NCBI RefSeq assembly: GCF_964204645.1
Contig: NC_134028.1
Location: 23,060,345 to 23,124,344 of the forward strand
Length of the DNA: 64,000 nucleotides
Origin: Tubulanus polymorphus
Taxonomy: Eukaryota; Animalia; Nemertea
Reading direction: 5' to 3'
Shown: positions 11,518-24,237 of the stretch, piece by piece
Layout: each line of letters opens with the position of its first letter
How positions within the stretch are numbered: position 1 is the first letter of the stretch
Notes under the pieces: generated by a model
Database searches by the model: none
Seen by the model: only the letters and a program-made list of their open reading frames with translations
Told to the model about the DNA's origin: nothing
Program-made: the position numbers and the translations under genes

Positions 11518-14242
11518 ATGGAGAAGAGCGTTGCCGGTTGTAGTTCGACTTCGAGAGGCCCGTGGACTGAAAACCACTGCTCATCATCAGAATCAGAGGA
11601 AGGAGAATACTGTGTAAGTTCCAAATCCTATTTCATCTAAATTCAATTTCGATTTTATTCCACAAAATACTTCTACTTCTACCAATTTATTGCCACCATC
11701 AACCAGTTGATGATTTAGCCAACGAGACGCGCATGAAAAAAAAACAAAAATGACCGTTTGCGTGCTTTGGATGAAAAAATATAAAGTAGATGTAATTTTC
11801 CTGTTTAGGTTGAGAATGAGGAGAAAAAAGCGTTGACTCTGGGAGTTTTCCCAATTAAATGGACGTCGAATGTCGAATATCTACCGCCGATCAGTTACGA
11901 GAATTTGAACCCTGTGCCGGCGCCGTCTTTTAACTACGAATCTCACGAACACGTGAAAAGTTTCGTCACAAAAATGCGGACGGGCGTCTTACACCGGAGA
12001 CAACGCATGAGGAATCTGTGCAACAGAAGCGCAGTCGCTAGATCTATACTCGGTGTGTATATCAGCTAATAGGTGGCTCTGCTACCCCTGTTTGTATTTG
12101 AGCACTTTATCAGTGAATTACCGGTATGATATTTTCAGATCCAAAGAAGTTGAGGTTCGCAGCTTCAAATGATGATTATGATAAAGGTACTGAGTAACAA
12201 ACTGGTTCCAGCCTCTTAAATCCTTTCAGCACATAGGCCTACCCCACAGTCGAAATTCAACCCCTCTTTGTTGCATATACCCGCCGTGCGGTGTATCCAT
12301 ATAATTGTGAATTGGCTGATAGCACCTGTCAAACATCATGTAGGCCTATTAGTTAACCCTTTCAGTGCTGACTAATCAATACCCTATAGTGCTGGAGATA
12401 ATTTGAAAATTTTGAAAAATTCCGCCCTAGTGTGTTGAATAACGGGAATACCACTATAAAGCGTCTACACCGCGGCGCAGTGTATCGTTAGTAACTAATA
12501 TTTCACTATGTTTGACAGGTGCTGCCATCTTTCAATAGAGATAAAAACTAAATACACCAATACACCGCAGTGCGGTGTACTAGCAAAATCCATCACCGAT
12601 TCATACACCGCACTGCAGTGTATACGCACTGAAAGGGTTAAAACAATTCACTGCACTGCAGGACAGGTAACATAGAGGTATGTCCATTAAATACATCCCA
12701 TTGCGGTGAAATTTCTTCTGTAACATAGGATTGGAAACTATCCGTAATGAAAGTGTTTAATCCGGATAGTTTGAATAGATGAAATCCATCCAGTTTTATA
12801 ACGTCCATCACTTGGAAATGTTGACCTGACTGATTTTGAGATGTTATGTTGATTTGTTACAGTGGTGAATTTACTAATTGCTGGTGTTGATCCGTGTATT
12901 AAAGATGACAGACATCGCACCCCGTTACACATTGCAGCTGCTAAAGGCTATGATAGAATAGGTGACTATTGTATTTTACGTATATCCAGGGTTCTTATAT
13001 ACAGTTCACGGAATTACGGATTTACTTAATTTCCCTACCTGTAGAAATGGGGTCAAGGGAATTCTGATTCTTTTCTTGAAAATCAGGGAATTCAAATTTT
13101 TGGTGTCTTGTCGTCGTTGACAAGAAGCTCAGGAAACGATAAGAAACAGCCCCCACTGAGGACATCTTATGATATGATTAGGGAATGATCAGGGAAATGT
13201 CCGTGAATTTTGGATTCCCTGATCTGTAAGAACTGTCTCTAAATCCACTGTCCCTCATCAGAATTCCTAATTTAATTGACTAAAAGATTAATGTTCTATT
13301 TTGCAGTAAAAGTTTTATTGGATTACGGAGCTGATGCTAATCAAAAAGATATGATTGGAAATACTCCATTGCATTTAGGTAATTAATTATTCATTGAACT
13401 ATACCAGAGTTTCTGAGATACTCAGATGTGGTTGAATCTAATGTTGATGGCATGTTTTCTTATTCATAGCTGTTTGCAGCAATCATATCAATGTCGTTAC
13501 CACGTTATTGAAATCAGGTATGGTACCCGTCCGTATATGTCGACAATGATTCTTAACTGTAAGCTATTATAAAATCAATGTCGTTTAAAATTTTTAAATG
13601 ATGAAATGATGATTTTCTTATAGGCACAAATGCTAGGATGATAGATAACAGTGGTAGAACTCCTTTGCATTTAGCTCAATCACGACTGAGGATATTACAC
13701 GATGAACCGGGATACTATACCCCCAGCAAACTACGCGAGGAGTGTTTTAGGGTAAATATTAATTTAGATGCTTCATAATGAGTATCCTGCTAAAAAGTCA
13801 AGGAAAACATAAGTCAGATAAAAGTGGCCACCCCGATGGTGGATTGGCCCATGGCTTGAGTCCTCATAAACTGGACCCAGTTCCACAGTTGTGAGTTAGA
13901 GTTAACTCCGAGTTAAAGTTAGTTCATTTTCAATGAGTTAACTCAAGAGTCAAATCTTAGCTGGGAACTGTGGAACTGGACCCGGCGCTCTATTTAGTTA
14001 CTCTAGGGAATGAGAATTATCTGAATAGGATTTTGTTTATTTTTCAGTTAGTTGACATGATAAAACAGTATCTAATAGCGCTAGGTACCGAAGAAAGTGT
14101 GGATGAACTATCGGGACTTTGTGAGAAAATGTCGCTAGCCACAACCAGATCGGAAATGGATAACGTTAACGAACTATTGTCTCAGTTTACGGATATGAAC
14201 ATCGAAAAACGCGATAAAAAAGATCAATTGATGCCGCCTTAA
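11518..14242 (+). CDS. ANKRD54: Ankyrin repeat domain-containing protein 54, about 309 aa
   Basis: Exons 11518-11613, 11809-12052, 12139-12186, 12863-12961, 13307-13378, 13470-13517, 13624-13751, 14048-14242 (930 nt). Ankyrin repeats RTPLHIAA, GNTPLHLA, GRTPLHLA; C-terminus (LVDMIKQYL...DELSGLCEKMSL...VNELLSQFTDMNI) resembles ANKRD54. First exon less certain. Confidence 0.88.
12357..12637. mobile_element. piggyBac-type MITE with TTAA target duplication
   Basis: TTAA|CCCTTTCAGTGC ... GCACTGAAAGGG|TTAA, 281 bp; near-identical inverted copy at 62646-62926. Confidence 0.88.
12988..13233. mobile_element. CAGGG-terminated non-autonomous element, family E
   Basis: CAGGGTTCTTA ... CCCTGATCTGTAAGAAC; related copies about 4717-4900, 44947-45158, 49837-50004. 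Confidence 0.55.
13873..13983. mobile_element. Palindromic MITE, family B
   Basis: GGACCCAGTTCCACAGTT ... AACTGTGGAACTGGACCC; other copies about 14527-14627, 27508-27617, 58343-58425. Confidence 0.75.
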
Positions 14243-14708
14243 AGCCGGACGCTGTGAAGGACCTGTTGTCTGCTGGAGTTAATTTCATATTATTTTCTAG
14301 TCGCCCCTGTAAAACTCTGCCATTCTCTCCTTTAAATGTTGTAGTGTGTAGATTTGTAACATAACAAAAAAAGAAATAAATTTACTAATTTAATGAAAAG
14401 AGATCTTGTCGAGGTGAAATCCTCTCCTGGTTGTGAGTCAAACTTCTTATTTTCTACAAGCCACGAAGATTGACTGGACAGATTTTTCCTCCAATTCCTC
14501 ACCCTATTCCAAGGATTATAAGATAAGGATCCAGTTCCACAGTTGTAAGATTTGATTCTTTTATTTTAACTCGTTGAAAATAAACTAATTCAAACTCAAG
14601 TTAACTAACTCAAAAGTTTGGAACTGGAGGATCAAGGAGTTGAAGATAAATGGATTTTGACTAATAGTAAAGAATTTTTGGCATGTCTTAATAATCTTGA
14701 CTATGGAC

Positions 14709-14830
14709 GGATTAGGATTAGGATTAGGATTTTATTTACACTCCAACCGTTTCTATGGTACATGGAGGGAGACTTATACAAAGTATACAATATTTACAAT
14801 TAACAGAAAGTATAAACTTGTTTTGATAAA
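14709..14830 (-). mobile_element. Probable CR1/L2-group LINE or SINE 3' tail
   Basis: Minus strand CTCCCTCCATGTACCATAGAAACGGTTGGAG stem-loop, AATAAA, then (AATCCT)n microsatellite tail. Confidence 0.45.
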
Positions 14831-15759
14831 ATATAACAGTTATTAACAATATATTACGGATTCGAACCCAGGTGCGTCACTCGGCGGTCAGTGATGACGT
14901 CATCGGCGATAGAGTTTCGAATAACCAGTGCCCTTTGACTGTTCCTGATTTTTGGAAAATTTCCACGTAAAAATCATCGTTTCTTCACATTCCAGCGTCA
15001 AAAGTCGGGTGCATGAGGTATGTTTATGAAATTGACTGATTTCTGCGATGATCCGTGCGCATATTGTTATTTGATCGAGCGGGTGATATTTATTTGGGTC
15101 TTGGAGGATTGGTATCATATCAATTCAATTCAAACTTTATTCCGATGACAGATAAGCCAAGTCAACACCACCTCAAACCCCGAGTTCTTACAACAAGTCA
15201 TCGTTCTCCATACGCTGGGATCTTAGAGAGGCTGCATTCCTTCATTCACTAGTGTAACTTGCTGTTGTTAAGAATGATAACCTCTCCCCAAAATCTCCCA
15301 AAAAGTCTCCCCAAAAAAGATTGCAAAAAAGGCAAAAATATTGAACAGCTGAAACGAAAATTACCTGCCTACTACTAGATTAGGCCTCTTTAGTAGGCCC
15401 TCAAATTTAGTAACACATCCTTGAAAGGTAATTTTTTGCGTGATCTGCTTTAGTTAGCGCGAGCTCAATAATTGACAAAACGATAATCAAGTGACATCAA
15501 CTTCGTACGTTGAAGCGGCTGCATATCTTCTTACAGTATGGGTGGATTATCAGAGTAAGGATGGATATTAAAAACAGGAGTGCCCACCCGTTTAAACCCC
15601 CTCGTAGAGAACACATCTACAGGCAAGTGAGCGTCCAACCTATCTGGTTATTCATTTAACGTGTATCCTCTTTGTTAAAGGTTGAAATGAGCAGAAGGGA
15701 AAATTAAAGCGATCAATTATAGATTAATTTGAAAAAAAGAGAAGGCGATTGTATCAATC

Positions 15760-18700
15760 ATGGCTACGAATACGACTAATTACAAGAGCACTTCGAATAA
15801 TGACAGCGATTCCGAACGCTTGATTAATTCTACTGGGGATAGTAATAATGAAGATGAACTGGAAAGAGAAGTCAACAGGTAATGACTGATAGACCTCTAA
15901 ACCCTTGTCACTGCTTCTTTTTGGTTGAACTAAGTCTATTCATTCAACAGTTCTGAAATTCAACTAAACATACAAAAATAGATTCTAAATCGATTTCCCA
16001 TTAATTGAATTGACAAAGAAATAACATTGTTTTAAAAGTTAAACTTTGTGAAAATGGCCTCTGAGGACTGCAATTGTCTTATAAGACCAAAACAGTGAAG
16101 CAAGTAAATTCTAGGGCAGGGACAATGGTCATCGATTAAATGAATTTGGGCAAAGGTTAAGCGTTTTGTCTCAATGGGACACGCAATAATCCGAATTTCG
16201 CAGCTGGGTGGCAAAATTATTATTTGATTATTTAAAACACTAACATAAATGTTTTATTGGTTTTGAATACAGGAAAGCGAATTATTACTATTCAACATTC
16301 GTTGATCTTTCGAACATGGTTAAAGCATTCATCGGCAGTAATTACCTCGGCATTCCATTCGGATTCTACCAAGCAGGAATATTGGTAAGTTCGAAATAAT
16401 AGATAGCATTTCCCTTTGACAGGGTATTAACCACTGACCTGGATAACTCAGGGAATCTGAAAACCCACGAATTTTGCCAAAACCTGGAAAAATTAGGGAT
16501 CTATAATTGATCACACGTTTCTTAGAAGTAAGAACCAGTAACTAATAATTTACAGTGGTCACTCTGTTTGAGGTGACATGTTACGTGTTATTACAGAGTT
16601 ATACATAGAATTGTCGATAAAAACTGTACAGTAGACCAGTTTGCTTAGTTATGTAGAAATAAGATAAAATGGTACAAGTAACTCAAAAGCTGAGCATTTA
16701 CTCTTTTAAAAATCAAGGCAAGGATTCTGATAGATTTTTGACAAAAAACCTTGGTAACTCTAGGATTGAATTCAATTCAGTTATTATTATACTATTGACC
16801 ATATTGATCAAATTTCTTAATCGTCTGCCTCAGATTCATGGCAGATGAGAAAACTCATCACTCATAGACGGGGGAAAAAGGCTGAGTTCTCAAAAGCTAA
16901 TCATTTTAAGCAGGTCGTGAAATATATACATCTAACGAATTATTGTTGTCATTTTCAGCTTGGTTGTATCGTGCTGATTACGGTTATCGCACTCACCGCT
17001 CACTGCTGCCAGATGATCGTCAACTGTAAGAAATACCTGTGGCGCCATCTGGTCGAAAACCACGAGGCTCGCCTAGGCCGCGAGGATCCCGAATATCGCG
17101 ACCATCTGAATCGATCGTTGAGCTACGCGGACATCGGGCGTCACGCGTTGGGAAAAGCCGGAGTTGTGATCGTCGACTTTTTCCTGGTCGTCACCCAAAC
17201 CGGATTTTGCGTTACGTATTTCATATTCATCGGCAACACGATTCATTCGATGTTCCCGACGCGCCCGGTCGCGGTTCCCACCGCCAATTCGACTAATTAT
17301 AGTCTCGGCGCAGATGGCGCTAGTAGTAGTAGTATGAGGAGATTATTAGAAATTTCGGCGGATGCGAATCAGACGTCGACGACTTTAGTTCCGACAACGA
17401 CGATCTCGACACCAGTTATTTCAACGACAGCATCTGCGTCTAACGCTACAACCAGTTCACTGTTGAATACAACTTTAACCGCATTGCTGAGTTCAACGAC
17501 CGTTAGTCCGGATGTGAACACGACCGTTAGTCCGACTGTTAGCACGACCGTTAGTCCTGCGGCGAACACGACCGCGTTCGTCGGTCCGACCATGTTACCG
17601 ACGATACAGATATCGACGGCTCCCGATTTGATCTATTTAGTTTTGATTCCTCTACTGCCGTTCATTCTGTTCGCGTATATACGCAAGATTCGCAAAATGG
17701 GCGGTGTCAGTTTCCTGGCGAATCTGGCGATATTCGGCGGTTTCCTGGCGATACTGTCAATCATGTTATCAGGTGTGTGTACAATGGAAACCCGCTTTAT
17801 TCCTATCATTGGGGACTCGATGAAATTAATCCGGTTCAAGATCTTTTTCTTACCCAACTAGACGGTTACCAAATTAGAAACTGAATTTAGTAAACCACAA
17901 AGTTAACGGTTTGCCGAAATAAACAGTACATGAAAGTGATGCAGACACTTCCTTGAAATTCCAAATTTTCTCCTTGAAAACTCCTTATATCGACGAATAA
18001 ATGATCTGTAACGAGCCTGGGTTGAATTGATATGGATTAAGCGGGTTTATTTATTACTGTTTCCTCACAGTTTCACGAATAAGAATTAGGACGTTATTTT
18101 CACAGATTTTAAGAAACACAAAGTAGAGCTGTTTAATTGGTCGACGTTCCCGGTGTTTTTCGGTCAAACTGTTAGCGCTTTCGAAGGTATTGGACTGGTA
18201 AGTATTGAATACTGTAGATCTTACCCCCTCAGCCTATACGAAATACCCCTATATGAAAAAATAATGAAATCATTAATGTTATACTAGACTTATAACTGTA
18301 TGTTGTATATAACATTACAGTTATAGCCTATAGCACTGTATAACATTTTCATCAAGCAATAGCACAAAACTGGGTCATCTCTAAGACCGACTGGAATTTT
18401 CTCCTAAGAATCACAACCCGCTATGTAGAAATTCAATAGATTAAAAAACGAAATTGAATTATCAAAAGTTGATAAATATAATCTGTAAATGTTTTTTCTT
18501 AGACCTGCGAAATAAAAAATGAAACGTTTGTTTCAGATAATTCCGGTTGAAACGAGTATGGACGGAAACCAGCATAGATTTCCGGTATTTCTGTGCATCG
18601 CCTTGGGTATCGTCGGTTCGATGTTGTCGACGTTCGGCATTATCGGATATATCAGATACGGAACGCACGTTCAGCAGTTGATATTGAATAACCTGACGTT

Positions 18701-20311
18701 CGGGCCGATATCGGTGGTAGTCGACGGTACGCTGGTGTTAGCGATATTATTCACCTACCCGTTGCAATATTTCCCCGTCGCTCAAATTCTAGAACGATAC
18801 ATATTCGGAATCGGTAAGTCGTTTTGAAACTCGTCACGGTTTATTTACTTAAATTACGTTTTACCGCACTTTTGAAAAATATTCATAATAATTTTTTTGC
18901 TCAAAAGTATTAACATTACTTATAAGAAACCTGCAAATTTTTGATGAGTGAATACATCTATCCATCATCAGAGATCTATTAAAACTACCGGGTACTTGAG
19001 ATAAATCTCTGAAGGTGGATAGAAACTTCAGTGAAACAGATTGTTTTTAGTTGTTATATACTACACACTGACTGTGACGTAGTCTTAATTGATTTGGTAA
19101 GTTAATGTTCAACATTGCAGGGTTCATAGTAGTCCTTGAAGGTCCTTAAAAGTTTTGGAACGGGAATGAGTTCATATTACAAGGCTATGAGTATCAAGGA
19201 ATGCCGTGCCGCTAAAATCCTTGACTCATCGTCATGCTCCTTGGAATAACGTCGCCTCAGTACGTTATTACAATTTGAAAATTCTAGACACTACCATATT
19301 GTGTACTACAGTAGGCTATATCAGGTCATCATGGTAATGCTGATGATTTATCTCAATTCCAATGACAAAAACGATTCTGGACAATGCAAATGCAATGATT
19401 AGCCTGTATGACGATTACATATAAGTCCTCGAATCGAGTAAAAAAAGTCCTTCAAAGTCATTAAATGAGATTGGTCATGGACACTACGAACCCTGACATT
19501 GGCACAGGTTCGGATTCGGTATTTTTTCCTAAACTCATAGAGATACACTACTAACCCCACCTATAGGTCGAGTCGTACACCACCAAGGTCTGCAGCTTCA
19601 GGAAGAGGAAACGAGTGATGTAGAAACGGAAACAGAAGATGAATTGGATGATTTGATTAGTGATAGTAACGAAAGGAAACCGTTGAATACGAACCGTGGT
19701 TCTTCTCAATTGGTTCATCATGTATGCTCTTACAATTACAGGCTACCTCCCCTCCCCCCAATATCTTACCAAGTATAGGTGAACCATATCTTTTGACTCA
19801 AAAAGTGATGGAGACTCAAAATTTGTCGATAGCTGACAATTTTTAGTCACTTAGAGAATTTCTCACGTTGATTGATTTGAGTTTACGTTCACTTTGGTTG
19901 ACCTACGCTCGGACATATATCCTCAGTGCCTTACCTCGCCAATCATATAATGATTATCAGTCAAATCAATGATTGATTGATTGATTTTAGCTCCTCCCAC
20001 CCGTCTGTCTTATATGGTCGTAACGCGACATTAATTAATAATACATTATTCAGGTATGATAGATCATCATAGTAGTTCAAATGGCGATGAGGATTTCGAT
20101 GACGGAAATGATGATTATTCCGATGATAATGATGATGACGATGATTTTGTAAATGAAGGTCGAGGTTTCGTAGAAGCCGCTGATCCTGACGTAGATGATG
20201 AAAATAAACCGATGCTTTCCGGCAATAATGCAACATCTAGTAATCATGTAATCAGCGTTTCTATTCAGTGTTGTGTTGTGTGATTAGCTATCATTGTATT
20301 GTGCAGCTGCA

Positions 20312-20349
<38 letters not shown>

Positions 20350-22025
20350 CACCTCTGTCTCACCTTGGAGAAATCATTTGAAAACAAATGATAACTGCAA
20401 GGTTTCACTTCTGTCTCGCCCCTGTGTGTGTTGTCTTGTTACTTGTTTGTTTATACAGTCGACTAAGCTTATATCTTATACAAAGAAAAATTCTGGCTTG
20501 GTCGCACCTAACACATCCAAAGTACCATCAATACGGGGATAATTGTCTTCTGTGGTGGCCATATTCCGATGTATCAGCTGAAACTGGTCTAAATCACTCT
20601 GTATAATATTGGTATATCGTAGTTGTATACCGTTTCGGAGATCTAATGAGATATGCCTAGTGCTTGCTTCTGTTATTGTAGCTTGATCATGATTTTGGAA
20701 AAAGTAATGTACAGGGTACCGGTATAAAGGCGACCGGCCGGGTCAGCTTTTGAGCTCAACAGAAATGAGAAACAAGGTATCGATTTTTATAGCCTAAATA
20801 TAAGTTAGAAATATATACAATGACGATAGAAGCGTAGTCGACTGTACTGTTACTTTCACAGTTAAGAGGTTTGTATTACATGTGTTGAACAATTCTGTGA
20901 ATGAATAGTGGTTATAGTTTGGAAGTTAATTTTTTCGTATATCTCAAAATGATCAAGTGAACGGTGTCAAATATTTGCACAATGAAGTTCAACTTCTAAA
21001 CGATCTTATCATAAATTCATAAATCATTTCGCAATGGAGAATAAAGAACTAGTAGTAAGCGCTGTCATCATAAATTTGAATGCAGGGTAATGAACTTATT
21101 AGGCCAGACATGTCTCGAACGTGTTCAGTTGATAACAGCTATAAATCTTGACGGAACTTCAGCACTTCAACTTATATAGCATCCTATACTTTTTCTGTAA
21201 CTTAAAATTTCACTTCGCACTCGCTTGTTTTTGCTTATCCCTTACACCGGCATGTTTTCTGATCAATAATACTTCAATCAATAAGACTTTTCTGGGAGCA
21301 ATGAAATCATATTATGACATGCATTTTACCCACATTTAAACGAGAATTCGTATTTTTTGTTGTTTTCAGGTTCCAAATTGGAAACGTAATTTGCTACGTA
21401 CTGTAATAGTATTAATCATGTGCGCTCTGGCTGTTTTACTCAGAAATAATTTCGCGTATATTTCCGCTCTTATAGGTAAGAACAAACATCAGGATTTAAG
21501 TATTCCCAGTAACCCTCTTTATTTTGAACTCATAAGAGAGATGTCAATCAGCTGTCTGTACCCTGCACCCTCTCAGACAATCTGTTGTCTGAACCCTGCA
21601 CCCTCCCAGACAATTTGTTGTCTGAACCCTGCACCCTCTCAGACAATCTGCTGTCAGTACCCTGCACCCTCTCAGACAATCTGCTGTCTGTATCCTGCAC
21701 CCCCTCAGACAATCTGCTGTCTGTATCCAACACCCTTTCAATCTGCTGCCTGTACTCAGTATAGGTCAGTACAGGTAGCAGGTACTGCCTGCATTAAATC
21801 AATATTGAATGTTCTCATCATTGTAAATTTGTAGGTGCTTTCGGTAGTACAGCTTTAGGATTCATTCTGCCGTGTATTTTCCACTTGCGTTTGGAATGGA
21901 ACGATTTATCGGTAGCTGTCAAAATCAAAGACATTTTCATAATAATCATCGGTACAGTTGGAGGAGTTATCGGTGTTGAGAAAGTTATCGAAGAAATGGT
22001 GAAAAACTTTCGAAAAGGTCTCTAA
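15760..22025 (+). CDS. SLC36/AAAP-family (proton-coupled, AVT3-like) amino acid transporter, 621 or 634 aa
   Basis: Exons 15760-15878, 16273-16384, 16959-17772, 18106-18197, 18537-18813, [19567-19721 or 20054-20247], 21370-21475, 21835-22025. Motifs NMVKAFIGSNYLGIPFGF, LSYADIG, QTGFCVTYFIFI, AFEGIGLIIPVE, FTYPLQYFP, ALIGAFGSTALGFILP. Confidence 0.9.
19118..19495. mobile_element. Non-autonomous DNA element with 6-bp target duplication
   Basis: ACATTG|CAGGGTTCATAGT ... ACTACGAACCCTG|ACATTG. Confidence 0.75.
20305..20347 (+). repeat. (GCT/GCA)n trinucleotide microsatellite, intronic
   Basis: About 14 triplets directly visible downstream of exon 20054-20247. Confidence 0.9.
21547..21750 (+). 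repeat. 33-bp minisatellite, about 6 copies, intronic
   Basis: Unit approximately ATCTGCTGTCTGTACCCTGCACCCTCTCAGACA. Confidence 0.9.
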
Positions 22026-22977
22026 TTATTTCAGTCAACGAAATAGATTTTCGAATGCTGTTAAACGCTCAAAACATTGTAGGCAGTTGAACAACAATAT
22101 CGATTCGTTATACACCAGGTTCCACAAATCTAGAGTTCAAATTTGTCTCCAGGGTCAAAACATTGAAAATGAATCCTGATCCTGTGATGCGACTGTGGTT
22201 AAGCAAACTTGCGTTTAGTTTCAACGACGAAAGAAATCAAGATGGCTGCCATACGGTCTTCATTATCAGTGTAGCTAAATCGATATCGTTGTTAACAAAT
22301 CTGTAGATTTCGATCCCTGCCTCGGTAAAAGTGTATCCGCATAATCCATGAAAAATAATTTTTTACTTAAATCTACATAATAATAGTCCTTTATTGAATT
22401 GTGATTTCATAATTGTTAATTATTCTCTGAGAGAATTATTCGCGTAATTAAGAATTCCATGACTTCTTTCCATCGAGATGTTGTTTTGTCTATCGTTGCT
22501 ATCAAAATTTTTGATGCGAATACGTATAATCAAATTGTGACAGTAAAATTCTTGTCAGTCTAATTCTAGTCTTCCATTGTGCAATTGTACGCGGGGCCAA
22601 GTAATCATATTTTTTCAGTACTTTTTATCTATCGTAGGCTAACTGTTTCGGTGTTTTATGCAATCCATTTGTAACATTGATTGTTTTATAGGAAACTATT
22701 TTTGTAATAAATATTGGCAGCGAAATGTTAATGTGTCTTGTTCTAGGCACACGCAGTTGTATATGTCAATTTTACTAGTTTGATAAATTTTTCGATTAAC
22801 TTTAAAACGTATTCGTCCAGCAGTACTTATTAGAGAATATTGTAGCACGATCTTGGCTTTGAGGTACTCGTGGTTTTATCGGTGGATATCTGGATCCAGT
22901 TAACATTTTATTCAACTGAAGCTGCCTTTGTGTCTTTCACTTGAATTACTGATATTAATGGAGAATTTTATGTACAA

Positions 22978-23012
<35 letters not shown>

Positions 23013-23286
23013 GATCATTAATACAGATATGCTGTTATTGTAAATACTGGTACTGTTGATTTTCGCTTACAAAATGTATGAAAAGAATTTATGTTTTTCG
23101 TGACAATTTAAGATTAAAGAATACTTGAGAATCATCAAATCATTCAATTAGTTATTGTATCTTTTTCTTTTTTCGCCTATCAGTTACTTAAACTTTCATT
23201 ACAAGTCAAACCAAATTTACAATGGCACATTGACTTACGAGATCCCGGACTTCGATATTATCCACCTCCATTACATAATCTGGATA

Positions 23287-23403
23287 CAGTGGAACCTCAT
23301 TTGTACAAATCTCGTGTCGCAAAAGTGAAATTTACTTGGAAATCATTGTAATAAAAAATAAAAGTTTCATCTTCAACAGAGTCGTATTAACGAGGTTCAA
23401 CTG
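23287..23403. mobile_element. TA-flanked MITE
   Basis: TA|CAGTGGAACCTC ... GAGGTTCAACTG|TA. Confidence 0.7.
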
Positions 23404-24077
23404 TACTTTTTTTTCAAGGGAATTGGCTATCCTTAGGGCTAGTACTGATATGGTGTACCCATAAAGCAAAAATCACCAAAAGGCCTAACGGTTTCACTGG
23501 AAAAAGTATACATATTTTATTCCTTTAACTTCTGACACAATTCAGACATAATCATAATAACATTATCACAATAATCATTTATCAGACAGCAGGAAAACAT
23601 CATCTTTGGCTAATAGCAGAAAATAAATAAAGCATAATACATCGTTTACAGAGAAAAATAGAAGTTACGCTCAAAATACCATCGAATTTCATGAAATTTA
23701 GATTTCATTACAATAAATGACAGACAGTGTAAAAAGAATATGTTATTTAGACAATACCTGATCTGGGAATATCATATTTTACTGTTATGATCGAATTTTT
23801 TAACTAATATTGCAAACAGCGAGTTACAAGAACACAATATTAAATACTGACATTTGTATAATATTTCCTAACAATGAAGATGATATAACACGTTTACATT
23901 CGTTTATTGCAATCTTTTTGACTGTTTTGCCGAGGGCCCATTCCACAAAAAAATTCAAACGTGACTTTGAACCTTTTCTGTGAAACTAAGCCGAAGACCA
24001 ACCTATAAATCAAGCAGCTACTTGATCTACAGTCTTTCAATTAGACAATAAGGCATTTACATACAATATGGTATATA

Positions 24078-24237
24078 CAGTAGACTCCGCTCAAGTCTGA
24101 TCTTTTGGGATCGAAAAAAATGTGTCCGACTTGTTTGATATCCGAGTTGGATGTTATTTATTTCATATATAGTGTCATAAAAAATATTTCAAAAACAACC
24201 GAGTTGAATGGATCCCACTTGAGAACAGAGTCTACTA
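24078..24237. mobile_element. TA-flanked MITE
   Basis: TA|CAGTAGACTC ... GAGTCTACTA|TA; related to 39223-39411. Confidence 0.6.

Noticed and set aside
20294-20542. Poly-Ala ORF
   Set aside because: Produced by an intronic (GCT)n microsatellite, non-ATG start.
21391-21834. Cys-rich PAPSQTICC repeat protein and its antisense ORFs
   Set aside because: Read-through from a real exon into a 33-bp intronic minisatellite; a good donor at 21476 removes it.
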